Source: Nitrospinaceae bacterium (GTDB lineage Bacteria > Nitrospinota > Nitrospinia > Nitrospinales > Nitrospinaceae). From it: a DNA stretch of 64,000 nt. Shown piece after piece: positions 29,874 to 39,466 of this stretch; position 1 is the first letter of the stretch; each line of letters begins with the position of its first letter. The translations under genes and the position numbers were made by a program. Where the stretch lies: assembly GCA_965237905.1 (NCBI GenBank), contig OZ250172.1:2272001-2336000 (forward strand). The letters are read 5' to 3'. A model generated the notes under the pieces. That model was not told the origin of the DNA. It searched no databases and was given only the letters and a program-made list of their open reading frames with translations.

Positions 29874-30515
29874 ATGACTAAATTAAAGCGGGGTTTCTAT
29901 TTTGTGCGATACGGTGTGGGGAAATTATTTTTTCCTGCTCTGGAGCCGTTGTTTATTTTGCGGGAAAACCTGAGCACAGCCGTCCGTCGGCATTTCGACC
30001 AGGCGATCAAACATATTGAAAACAAAAACTTTGCAGTGGCCCAGCTGAATTTGAATATGGTGCTGAGCCTTTACCCCAAGCATTTTCTGGCCCGTGTGTA
30101 CCGTGGCCGGATCTACCTCCAGCAAAAGCAGTACCGGCTGGCTTCTGAGGATTTATTGCAGGCCAACCGGATCAGCCCGTTCCGGTTTACGCATTACCGG
30201 CTGTATCGCGAATATCTGGAATCGATTGGTGAGGGCACCCAGCTTGGAGAAGGCCGACCTCCGGCACATTGGATGGGTCGGCTTAAAGGGCTGAGCCAGA
30301 CCTCTGATATCACTGGATACGACGGCATAGAGGCTTCCGATCTACAATCGATTTTTGAGGATTCCACAGATCTGGAAGAGGAACAGTTGATGCTCATACA
30401 GGACCCGGATTTAACCCAGAGTGACCAGGAAAAATTCGGGGATATGGGTCCGATCACACCTCGTGAAGCGGAAAACGCCGACTGGGACCACATCCTTAAA
30501 AAACTTACCTCTTAA
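29874..30515 (+). CDS. TPR-containing protein with acidic tail
   Basis: GGGAG SD before ATG 29874; VLSLYPKHFLARVYRGRIY TPR unit. Confidence 0.75.
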   Translation: MTKLKRGFYFVRYGVGKLFFPALEPLFILRENLSTAVRRHFDQAIKHIENKNFAVAQLNLNMVLSLYPKHFLARVYRGRIYLQQKQYRLASEDLLQANRISPFRFTHYRLYREYLESIGEGTQLGEGRPPAHWMGRLKGLSQTSDITGYDGIEASDLQSIFEDSTDLEEEQLMLIQDPDLTQSDQEKFGDMGPITPREAENADWDHILKKLTS

Positions 30516-30521
30516 ACTTTC

Positions 30522-32669
30522 CTAGAATTTCCCCCCGGTTCGCAATAGTTCACCCATCTCGTTTTTGGAGATGGGTTTGCTGAACAGATAACCCTGCGCC
30601 TCATCGCAATTCAATTCCGTTAAAAATTTTCTTTGTTCTTCGGTTTCCACGCCTTCGGCGATGGTTTTCATATTCAGACTTTGCGCGAGGGTGACGATGG
30701 CTTTGGTGATGGCCATGTTGGTCTGCAGGGTAAGATCCTTTATAAAGGTTTGATCGATCTTCAGGTAATCCATTGGAAGATTTTTAAGATAATTGAGAGA
30801 GGAAAAACCGGTTCCGAAGTCGTCGATCGAAATCTTGATTCCCAGTTCACTGAGTTTGTTCAAAATGGAAACCGCCAGGGTGGTGTCCTGCATCAAAACG
30901 CTTTCGGTAATTTCCAGCTCCAGATGGTGCGGCGAGATTTTCGTTTGCTTAAGAACTTTGCTGATTTCGGACACCAGATTGGGATGGGTGAATTGAACCA
31001 CCGACAGGTTGACTGATATGGGAATTTGCGGCAACCCGGCTTCCTGCCATATTTTGGTCTGTCGGCAGGCGGTGAGCAAAACCCAATGTCCCAGTTGAAT
31101 AATGAGCCGGGTTTCTTCGGCAATGGGGATGAACTGTTGAGGCATGACCAGCCCCAACTCCGGGCTGTCCCAGCGTATGAGAGCTTCCATGCCGGCAATT
31201 TGGCCTGATTTTAAATTAATTTTGGGTTGGTAATACAATTCAAACTCTTCACGATCCAACGCCTTTCGTAGATTTTTCTCCACCGCCAGCCGTTCCATCG
31301 CTTTGAAATTCATCGCCGGGGTATACAACTGGAACGTATTCCGTCCCTTTTCCTTGGCCCGGTACATGGCCAGATCGGAATTTTTCAGGAGTGTTTTGAT
31401 TTCCGTACCGTCGTCGGGGAAGATGGAGATACCGATGCTACAGCCGACATACAATTCGTTATCTCCAATTTTAAACACCGGCATTACCGCGTCGAGAATC
31501 TTCTCGGCCAGTCGGGCCGTGTGATCTGTATCCGTCAAACCCGGGATGAGGATAATGAACTCATCTCCCCCCATTCGTGCGATGGTGTCCTGTTTGCGCA
31601 GGACTTCCTTGATTCTCAAGGAAACCTGCTGAAGCAACTGGTCGCCGGCTTCATGTCCCAAAGAATCGTTGATGGTCTTGAAATGGTCCAGGTCCAGGAA
31701 GAGAATGGCCACTTTCTGGTTGTTGCGGGAAGCGTTGGCCAAAGCCACCGCGAGCCGGTCGTTGAGCAGGTTCCGGTTGGGCAGACCCGTCAGGGAATCG
31801 TAATAGGCCATTTGCCGGATGGTATTTTCCATCTGCTTGCGTTCGGTCAAATCCTGAACCCAAACCAGAATTTCCAAATGGGAATCTTTGGGTTCCACCA
31901 GTTGGAGTTTGCATTCGGCAGGGTAGGAGGACCCATCTTTCCTTTTAAAAGCGGTTTCAAATGAAACCATAGGCCGGATTTTGTTTATGAGGGAATCGCA
32001 CATCTGGCTCAATTTTTTCGGGTCCAGATTGGGCGCCAGCTCAATGAATGTTTTTTCCTTTATTTCTTCAGGTGTGAATCCCGTATCCACGCATGCCAGG
32101 GAATTGGCTTTGATAAACTGAAACGTCTGTGGTTGAAAGACCAGAACCTCCCGGTAATATTCGTCCAGAGAAGGGATGACATTCTGTAAAGGGTCGTCTG
32201 CATTGGATTTGGTTTTAGGATCAGTGGAGGCTGCTAGCCCAGTTGAAATTTTTCGGGAACGTGCTGACAGAGTTTTCATAATGGCCATAAGGGCCTGGGG
32301 CTGTGTGGCAAAATATTCCTGAAACTGGGTTTCACTGATTTCTAACAGCACCGATGGAACAAGAGCCCGTGCCCCGGCCGTTCTCGGGCGGGACTCAATC
32401 AGAGACATCTCACCAAAAAACGTTCCCGGCAACATATTGGTAAGGGACTTATCGCCCTGGTAGATCAATATTTCCCCTTCCAGAACGATGTACATCGCGC
32501 TTCCCGGGTCCCCTTCATTGAATACGACCGTTTCGGATTTTAGGGAGACTTCCTTGCTTTCCTGAGCCAGCCGTTCCAGGGTAGATTCGTGGAAAAAGCT
32601 AAGAACGTCGATGGTCTTCAGGATTTCCTTTTTTTTGTCGGAAGAAATAGATGACGTGGAATTAGGCAT
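30522..32669 (-). CDS. cNMP-binding + PAS + GGDEF + EAL protein
   Basis: FFGEMSL..PRTA (cNMP); RKDGSSYPAE (PAS); RMGGDEF with RxxD; MEALIRW; DDFGTGFSS. Confidence 0.95.
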   Translation of the reverse strand: MPNSTSSISSDKKKEILKTIDVLSFFHESTLERLAQESKEVSLKSETVVFNEGDPGSAMYIVLEGEILIYQGDKSLTNMLPGTFFGEMSLIESRPRTAGARALVPSVLLEISETQFQEYFATQPQALMAIMKTLSARSRKISTGLAASTDPKTKSNADDPLQNVIPSLDEYYREVLVFQPQTFQFIKANSLACVDTGFTPEEIKEKTFIELAPNLDPKKLSQMCDSLINKIRPMVSFETAFKRKDGSSYPAECKLQLVEPKDSHLEILVWVQDLTERKQMENTIRQMAYYDSLTGLPNRNLLNDRLAVALANASRNNQKVAILFLDLDHFKTINDSLGHEAGDQLLQQVSLRIKEVLRKQDTIARMGGDEFIILIPGLTDTDHTARLAEKILDAVMPVFKIGDNELYVGCSIGISIFPDDGTEIKTLLKNSDLAMYRAKEKGRNTFQLYTPAMNFKAMERLAVEKNLRKALDREEFELYYQPKINLKSGQIAGMEALIRWDSPELGLVMPQQFIPIAEETRLIIQLGHWVLLTACRQTKIWQEAGLPQIPISVNLSVVQFTHPNLVSEISKVLKQTKISPHHLELEITESVLMQDTTLAVSILNKLSELGIKISIDDFGTGFSSLNYLKNLPMDYLKIDQTFIKDLTLQTNMAITKAIVTLAQSLNMKTIAEGVETEEQRKFLTELNCDEAQGYLFSKPISKNEMGELLRTGGKF

Positions 32670-32966
32670 TTTGATATTAGGATTGAATGTGGCTGAAGTA
32701 GGAATACACCACTAATTCATTCATTTTAGCAGATAAAATCCAATGCGCCAGTTGTTATACCCCTTGAGAGTATCAGGGATGAAAAATAGTATCCTTATAT
32801 CAAAGAATGAACAGTCTCGTGGGTATCGACATTAATTTTTAAAATTTTGCCGGAAATAATTCTGGAGGGGTGTCGATGCGATTATTTGAAAGGGGCCTTT
32901 TGGAGAGGTGAGCGGAAGGAGATATGAGCCCGATCCGGGCCGGGTAATATCTTCAAGAATATAACT

Positions 32967-33047
32967 AAAACAAAGGGTACCCGCCAGGGTCAATGGAAGC
33001 AACATTGGCAATGGCTTCTCTAGGGAGGTTCAACCCTGACGGGCCCC
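32967..33047 (-). ncRNA. candidate small structured RNA or long terminator
   Basis: Long outer stem with G-U pairs on the minus strand, inner GAAGC/GCUUC stem, CCUCCC in the internal loop, 3' UUUGUUUU. Confidence 0.4.
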
Positions 33048-33077
33048 ATTTTAAAATAGTCCTAAAATAGAAAAGCT

Positions 33078-33093
33078 CACCCTATATAGGGAC
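33078..33093. promoter_or_regulatory. palindromic regulator box CACCCTATATAGGGAC
   Basis: Perfect 12-bp core palindrome; lies upstream of TATTTT/TAAAAT -10 candidates for the 33047 element. Confidence 0.45.
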
Positions 33094-33189
33094 CCTTTAA
33101 GCCGGAAAATATTCCCGGAATTTTGTTTTATGGAAGTTTTGAAAAGGGGAGTCAGATAATTCGAAGAGAGGGTGCGGGTCCTGAAGGTC

Positions 33190-34173
33190 TCAGGCAAAAC
33201 CGCCATCATGGGCTTCATCTGCATGCTGGTTGAGATACGCAACCAATTGCGTGCGTGAATTGACTTGCAGTTTCTTATGAATTTTTTTCAGGTGGGTTTT
33301 AACCGTGTGAGCACTGATAAAAAGCCGTTCGGCAATTTCGTTTCGTCCCAAACCATCGTGGATCAAACAGCAGATTTCCATTTCGCGCCAGGTGAGGCCC
33401 GCCTTTTCAATCAACCGGTTGGACTTTGTGAACGGATCGGCGGCAGGATGGATGCGAAGAAGCCATAGGTCGGTATCGTTTAGGTCCCGGACCTCCAGAG
33501 GAATCAGGTTCAACTTGTAGGTTCCTTGGGGAAGGGTGAAAAAGGAAACTTCCCGGCCCCGCTCTTCTGCTTCTTCCTCCGGATCGGATGTATCCAGATT
33601 GGCTTGCTCCCTTTCAAGAACCTTAACCAGGTTCTGGGGAAGCTCTGTCCCGGAAGTCATATTAAAAATTTGGCGAAAGGCCTGATTCGCAGTAATCACT
33701 TTTTTAGTATCATTAATTACGGATACTATGGCAATTCCTGAAAGCGATTTTAACAGGCCCTGCACCATGGCCTGCGATTTAACCAACGTCTCTTCCAGTG
33801 ACACGGATTTAATTTTGTGGGCGAGAAACGAAAAGAGAGTCTGAGCCTCATTTTCATCTCTTAAATAAATTTGTTCGCTGACCTCGTTTTGGAGCAATAA
33901 GAGTTGAGCAAGGGGATCTTCTTTAAGATAGGACCGAATCACTTCCTGATCCTGAATACTTAATGTGGAGCACCCTATTAGGGGCGGAGGTTCGGTTTCG
34001 GATACCTGAATTACGAAATGGCGAAAATCGTCCTCGAAAGCGGGATAGATATGGTCTTTGATCGCTTTACGGAGTTCCTCCCGGTTTCTGCAATCCAGCA
34101 GAACTTTAAACGCTTCCTGTAAAGAAAAATTTCCAGATTGTGCCATAGGTGGAGGCGCGGCTTTTGTATTCAT
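33190..34173 (-). CDS. LuxR-family transcriptional regulator
   Basis: C-terminal LTWREMEI..G..RNEIAERLFISAHTVKTHLKKIHKKL; N-terminal sensor region with YLKEDPL. Confidence 0.9.
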   Translation of the reverse strand: MNTKAAPPPMAQSGNFSLQEAFKVLLDCRNREELRKAIKDHIYPAFEDDFRHFVIQVSETEPPPLIGCSTLSIQDQEVIRSYLKEDPLAQLLLLQNEVSEQIYLRDENEAQTLFSFLAHKIKSVSLEETLVKSQAMVQGLLKSLSGIAIVSVINDTKKVITANQAFRQIFNMTSGTELPQNLVKVLEREQANLDTSDPEEEAEERGREVSFFTLPQGTYKLNLIPLEVRDLNDTDLWLLRIHPAADPFTKSNRLIEKAGLTWREMEICCLIHDGLGRNEIAERLFISAHTVKTHLKKIHKKLQVNSRTQLVAYLNQHADEAHDGGFA

Positions 34174-34223
34174 AATCGCATTCAGGATTACAGGAAAATT
34201 TTATTAAGCCATTGGTTTCCATG

Positions 34224-34252
34224 ATCATAATTTAATTTTGAGAAGATGTCAA
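34224..34252 (-). promoter_or_regulatory. sigma70 promoter of the LuxR gene
   Basis: TTGACA-17-TATGAT on the minus strand. Confidence 0.65.
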
Positions 34253-34298
34253 AGCAAACCCCCTCCCCGTCCAGTTGAGGTTGACTGGCGGGGGAGGG
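34251..34298 (-). terminator. GC-rich hairpin with U-rich tail
   Basis: CCCUCCCC..CCAGU / ACUGG..GGGGAGGG followed by UUUGCUUU. Confidence 0.55.
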
Positions 34299-34388
34299 AG
34301 TGGAGAAAAGCCCAATAGAAATTCAACTTCTCCGGGAATCCCCAATCGGAAGGAAGGATTTGCAAGAAAGTCAAACAAGGCATAAAAA

Positions 34389-34433
34389 TACCCTTAATGG
34401 GGTATTGTATGGGGTCGATTTCATCGATAGTCT
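34389..34433 (+). promoter_or_regulatory. palindromic box abutting a sigma70 promoter
   Basis: TACCCTTAATGGGGTA directly followed by TTGTAT-17-TAGTCT. Confidence 0.5.
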
Positions 34434-34579
34434 TACATCTACTCTAAGATTGAAAAAGATCACTGTAAATTAAAACCTCCTTTTAAAAGTCTTTTAAATT
34501 GGGGATTTAGAATCAATCCATGGAAAGGGCCTGAATGGGAATGGCGCTTGGTGCCATTATTCGGAGCGTTTTACGGTTT

Positions 34580-34849
34580 ATGAAGAAAAAGCTCAATTTC
34601 TGGACCATTAATTTTTTCCTGACGGCGGTAGCCTCATTCCTGTTCAACGGCGGAGTATTTGCCGAGCATACGGGGGCCATCCCCCTGAGTAAAGGGGGAA
34701 TGGGTACCATCAAGCTTTCGGGTAAAAACCCCTCCACCCATGTTAGGGGCAGGAGTTCGATTGCCTCACATCCGTTCCGCGAACATTTGGGGCAGGGTAA
34801 TAATCGGATCAGGATCCAGCAGAAAGGGGAGAGATGGTCAAACAATTAA
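34580..34849 (+). CDS. small exported protein or fragment of a frameshifted gene
   Basis: Signal peptide MKKKLNFW...GVFA; an overlapping open frame continues to 35087. Confidence 0.4.
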   Translation: MKKKLNFWTINFFLTAVASFLFNGGVFAEHTGAIPLSKGGMGTIKLSGKNPSTHVRGRSSIASHPFREHLGQGNNRIRIQQKGERWSNN

Positions 34850-35067
34850 GAAGAAAGATCACCCGTCCGGGTCTGATGTTCCTGATTCTCTGGTGGGTTC
34901 TTTTAACGTAAAGCCTGAGTGTTGCAGAAGCCATCGCATTCCATGGGTGGATGCATCTTCCTATCAGAGACTAAAATTCACGTCGCCGGAAACTTTCTTT
35001 ATCCTTGCTCCCCTAAGGACTCCGCAGAAGAAAGTTTACGAGCCCGGCGGCGTGTTACAATCTTTCA

Positions 35068-35463
35068 ATGGTCCCATTGAAATTTAGACGCCTTTGGACT
35101 GCCATCGGGTACGGCCTGGTTGTTTTGGTGGTGGTGCTATCACTTTACCCTTCATCACTTTCACCGGTAGACTTTCTCTGGGCGGACAAGGTTTATCACG
35201 CTTTGGCCTACGGAGTTCTGATGCTCTGGTTTGCCCAGCTTCATCCAAAATCCCGGTATGGATGGTTGGCAGGCGGCTTTATTGCGTTGGGGATTCTTAT
35301 GGAGGTTTTGCAATCCCAGTCGGCTACCCGGAGCGGGGAGGTATGGGATGTCGCCGCCAATAGTCTCGGAACGGTTTTGAGTTGGCGGCTGGCGCTCATG
35401 GGGATGAGCACCTTGTTTCATCAATTTGAGGCTTGGTGTCTGACACCCGGCAATGAAAATTAA
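35068..35463 (+). CDS. VanZ family membrane protein
   Basis: DKVYHALAY, MEVLQ, R..EVWDVAANSLG. Confidence 0.85.
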   Translation: MVPLKFRRLWTAIGYGLVVLVVVLSLYPSSLSPVDFLWADKVYHALAYGVLMLWFAQLHPKSRYGWLAGGFIALGILMEVLQSQSATRSGEVWDVAANSLGTVLSWRLALMGMSTLFHQFEAWCLTPGNEN

Positions 35464-35481
35464 TGTTCGTGGCTAACTCAG

Positions 35482-36546
35482 CTAGGTTGACCGCTTCAAT
35501 ACATCCTTACGGTTCAGTCCTGCCAGCTTCAGGTCGTGCTCGATCATCATTTCCACCAGTTCTTTGAAGGATGTTTTGGGAGCCCAGCCCAGTTGGGTCT
35601 TCGCCTTGGTGGGGTCTCCCAGCAACGTTTCCACCTCTGACGGCCGGAAATATTTGGGGTTCACTTCCACCAGAACCTTACCGGTGGCTTTGTCGACTCC
35701 CTTTTCATTCACCCCCGAACCCTGCCAGTCCAACTCAATTCCGCAAAAACCGAAAGCAAGGTTAACGAATTCGCGGACCGTGTGTTGCTCTCCTGTAGCC
35801 AGCACATAATCTTCAGGCTTGTCTTGTTGAAGCATCATCCACATGCCTTCGACGTAATCCTTGGCATAGCCCCAGTCGCGTTTGGCATCCATATTGCCCA
35901 AAGACAAATTTTCCGCTTTTCCCTGAAGGATTTGCGCCAGGGTCATGGTGATTTTGCGAGTCACAAAATTTTCTCCACGGCGCGGGGATTCGTGGTTGAA
36001 CAGGATACCGCTACACGCGAACAGGTCATACGCCTCCCGATAATTGATAGTGATCCAATGGGCGTACAGTTTGGCGACGCCGTAAGGACTGCGCGGATAA
36101 AACGGAGTCGTCTCCTTTTGCGGGGTTTCTACCACCTGACCGTACAATTCGCTGGTGGAGGCCTGGTAAAAACGTGTTTTATTTTTGAGCCCCATATTGT
36201 TGATCGCATCCAGAACGCGGAGAGTTCCCATCGCATCCACTTGCGCAGTGTAATCGGGTGTGGCAAAACTGACTGCGACATGACTTTGCGCCGCCAGATT
36301 GTACACTTCGTCGGGTTGAATCGTGGCGATCAATTTATTGAGACTGGAGGAATCGGTCATGTCTCCGTAGTGCAGTTGAAATTGGCCGGATGTTTTAGTT
36401 TCCTGGCGAATGTCCTCGATCCTCCCCCGATTGAAAAAAGACGAGCGGCGTACCAGTCCATGCACCTCGTAACCCTTCTCAAGAAGTAATTCAGAGAGGT
36501 AGGAACCGTCCTGCCCTGTGACCCCGGTAATAAAAGCCTTCTTCAT
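35482..36546 (-). CDS. gmd: GDP-mannose 4,6-dehydratase
   Basis: [52 protein letters not shown]. Confidence 0.96.
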   Translation of the reverse strand: MKKAFITGVTGQDGSYLSELLLEKGYEVHGLVRRSSFFNRGRIEDIRQETKTSGQFQLHYGDMTDSSSLNKLIATIQPDEVYNLAAQSHVAVSFATPDYTAQVDAMGTLRVLDAINNMGLKNKTRFYQASTSELYGQVVETPQKETTPFYPRSPYGVAKLYAHWITINYREAYDLFACSGILFNHESPRRGENFVTRKITMTLAQILQGKAENLSLGNMDAKRDWGYAKDYVEGMWMMLQQDKPEDYVLATGEQHTVREFVNLAFGFCGIELDWQGSGVNEKGVDKATGKVLVEVNPKYFRPSEVETLLGDPTKAKTQLGWAPKTSFKELVEMMIEHDLKLAGLNRKDVLKRST

Positions 36547-36612
36547 AAACGCATTTCCCTATAGGATTTTTAAGAGTTCGTTCACAAACAGCGAAATCAG
36601 TATGTTTACCTA

Positions 36613-37593
36613 TTATTGCAACAACGATTGAAAATATTCAAGGTCCGACTGAACCATTTTCCGCACCATATCCTCGAATGAAACTTTCGGCTCCCATTGC
36701 AATTGGGAACGAATCCTGCCCGCATCGCCGACCAGCGGGACATCCTCTTTCGGACGGTAAAATTCCGGATCGATCACCAGATATTCCTCGTAATCCAAAT
36801 CCAGTTCCTCGAAAGTCTGTTCCAGAAAATCTTGGATGGTGTGCGTCGTTCCGGTAGCGATGACATAATGATCCGGTTGGTCGGCGTTCAACATGGCATG
36901 CATGGCGGTCACAGTGTCTCCGGCGTAACCCCAGTCCCGTTCGGATTCGATATTGCCCAGCCGCAGTTCGGTTTCCATGCCCAGTTTGATTTTCGCCGCA
37001 GTCGAAGTGATTTTACGGGTGACAAACCGGGTGCCCCGGCGGGGCGACTCGTGGTTGTATAAAACCCCGGTACAGGCGAACAGGCCCAGGTGATCCCGGT
37101 AATAACGGATCAGGTCATGTCCGATCACCTTGGATACCCCATAAATCGACCGGGGGTTGAACGGAGTATTTTCATCTTGGGGTGCTTCCGAGGCCGCCCC
37201 GAACATTTCGGACGACCCTGCGAAAAAGAAACGGCAATCCGGTACAAGGTTCTTTAAACCCAACAGCAGGTGATGGGTGCTTTGAGTGTTGGCTTTCAAA
37301 ATAGCCGATTCATCCTCCAGTGAATTAAACACGAACGTCTCGGCCGCGAGGTGGTAGCATTCATCGGGTTGAACCGTTTGGATGATGGCTTCCAGATTGC
37401 TGTAATCCTCCAGATTGCCTGCATGCAGGAACAATTTATCCCGAATCGATTGGATTCGCCAAAAGGAACGGTCCTCTTCGGTGCCGGCGTTCGGGCGTAT
37501 CAGACCGTGAACCTCATATCCCTGGGCGAGAAGATATTCGGCAAGATAGCTTCCATCTTGTCCTGTGATTCCTGTGATCAACGCTTTTTTCAT
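36613..37593 (-). CDS. second GDP-mannose 4,6-dehydratase-like protein
   Basis: [39 protein letters not shown]. Confidence 0.88.
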   Translation of the reverse strand: MKKALITGITGQDGSYLAEYLLAQGYEVHGLIRPNAGTEEDRSFWRIQSIRDKLFLHAGNLEDYSNLEAIIQTVQPDECYHLAAETFVFNSLEDESAILKANTQSTHHLLLGLKNLVPDCRFFFAGSSEMFGAASEAPQDENTPFNPRSIYGVSKVIGHDLIRYYRDHLGLFACTGVLYNHESPRRGTRFVTRKITSTAAKIKLGMETELRLGNIESERDWGYAGDTVTAMHAMLNADQPDHYVIATGTTHTIQDFLEQTFEELDLDYEEYLVIDPEFYRPKEDVPLVGDAGRIRSQLQWEPKVSFEDMVRKMVQSDLEYFQSLLQ

Positions 37594-37632
37594 ATCGGTC
37601 AGGAGGATGGTGAGAGGTGGTTTTCCCGGGAG

Positions 37633-39291
37633 TCAAGCTCCAGGTTGTTTATCCTCTATCCGTTTGCAAATGAATAGTTGAATATCGCCAAAACTGAACG
37701 GAATCATAATATTCTTGAGGCGCGTATCACCGATCTTTTCTCCCAGAAACTTGGCTCCGAAAACGCCCAGTGCATCCAGTTTGACGAAGAAGTATTCCAG
37801 AGTAATGATGTGAGTGTATTTTTGAACGTGCACAAGTTCCAGGCCGGCCTTGTTCAATAATTGTTTCATGGAATCCAGCGTAAAATAGAACAGGTGCATA
37901 TCCATATACCAGGGCCATCTTTCTTGCATGATTTTCGGATACCAGTTGTCGATGGAAAGGGTGGAAAATGCGAAGAATCCGCCCGGTTTCAAACGGGAAT
38001 GGATCAGCTTCATCTCCTCAATGGGATGCGGCAGGTGTTCCATGACATCCCACATGGTAACGACGTCGAAGGGTCCTTCCTCCATCGGCAGGTCGTTGAG
38101 GGTGCCCTGAAATACGCGCTCCCCCATCACTTCTTCTGAATAGTGCGCCGCCCACTTGGAAGGCTCGACCCCGAGGGTTTCAAATCCGTTTTCATGCGCA
38201 ACTTTAAGAGAGACACCGCAATAAGACCCGACATCAAGCAACTTTCCGGAAGCGGGAATATAGGGTTTGATTTTTTCAAAATTATACCGAAATGTTTTGA
38301 AGCGCGAGTCAATGTTTTTTAAATAACCCTGGTCTTCCACATCCGAGTAAAAACTGAGAAGTTTTTCTGCATCATGCCGGGTTTCGTTGAACACCAGGCC
38401 GCAATGCAGGCATTTCAGAATCCTTCCATGGGTTCGATGGCCGCTACTGGTGCACTGGTAAACGGAGGCATCTTCATTTTCCGCATACTTTGCCGGAAAC
38501 ATCTCCATATGAAATATGGATCTGCAATTTTCGCAGGGCTGAGGCTTTGTGTTTTTTTTATCCGGTTGATAAACGGTAAACGGGATGACAAACAATCTCC
38601 GGTAAAACAGTCGGCCGATATTGTAGATCGCCTTGAAGATTTCGCGTTTGGAGATTTTGGACGTCCCGGCACGGCGGTCCTCAAAATGAATGGGGAATTC
38701 GGCCAATTTACGCGTGGCCAGCCGAACGATGAAAATGGATTCCATGAAGAATGAATATCCGTCCGACCAAATAGAGTCCAAATCCATCTGTTTGAGCAGG
38801 TCAAGAGAAAAACCGCGGTAGGAAGTTGTGGCTTCGTGGGTTGGGACACCCAGCAGATACCGCGCCAGGGTATTGGCGGTTTTGCTTATCAGGGTGCGGG
38901 CGAATCCGTAGTCGCACCGGCCGCCCTTGGCGTAGCGCGATCCGATGACAAAATCATTATCCTCCAAAAGTTGTTTTATGATCGGAAGGTATTTGGGGTT
39001 ATGGGAAAAGTCGGCGTCCATGGTGATGAGCTGATCGTACTTATGGTGGATGGCATATTTCATCGCCAACAGATGGGCCGTCCCCAAGCCCAACTTGGAA
39101 GGGCGGTGGATCACATGGATGGCCGGGTTGGCAGTCGAGAGCCGGTCTAAAAGGGCACCCGTTCCGTCCGGAGAGTTGTCGTCGACTACGAGAATTTCCG
39201 CATCCGGCAGATGTTGGAAAATTTCGTTGAGAATACTTTCGACGTTGTCCGATTCGTTGTAGGTAGCGGTAAAAACCAAAGTTTTTGGCAT
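37633..39291 (-). CDS. polyprenol-phosphate mannosyltransferase-like GT2 fused to a class I methyltransferase
   Basis: TYNE, VVDDNSPDGT, MDADFSH, GSRY; then CxxC..CxxC, LLDVGSYCG, WDVMEH. Confidence 0.88.
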   Translation of the reverse strand: MPKTLVFTATYNESDNVESILNEIFQHLPDAEILVVDDNSPDGTGALLDRLSTANPAIHVIHRPSKLGLGTAHLLAMKYAIHHKYDQLITMDADFSHNPKYLPIIKQLLEDNDFVIGSRYAKGGRCDYGFARTLISKTANTLARYLLGVPTHEATTSYRGFSLDLLKQMDLDSIWSDGYSFFMESIFIVRLATRKLAEFPIHFEDRRAGTSKISKREIFKAIYNIGRLFYRRLFVIPFTVYQPDKKNTKPQPCENCRSIFHMEMFPAKYAENEDASVYQCTSSGHRTHGRILKCLHCGLVFNETRHDAEKLLSFYSDVEDQGYLKNIDSRFKTFRYNFEKIKPYIPASGKLLDVGSYCGVSLKVAHENGFETLGVEPSKWAAHYSEEVMGERVFQGTLNDLPMEEGPFDVVTMWDVMEHLPHPIEEMKLIHSRLKPGGFFAFSTLSIDNWYPKIMQERWPWYMDMHLFYFTLDSMKQLLNKAGLELVHVQKYTHIITLEYFFVKLDALGVFGAKFLGEKIGDTRLKNIMIPFSFGDIQLFICKRIEDKQPGA

Positions 39292-39466
39292 GGAATCACG
39301 ACTGTCTGGAGACAGGAAACAGTTTAAATGGATGTCTGGGAGCAGGCTGATCCTCAAATTACCTGAGATGCCTATCTTTTTATTATAGGGGCAACTTTTA
39401 AGGAAAGCAGTTTTTATTTTCTGCTTGTTGGGAGTGCCGTTTAAGAATTTAGAAAAAGTCCGGGAG

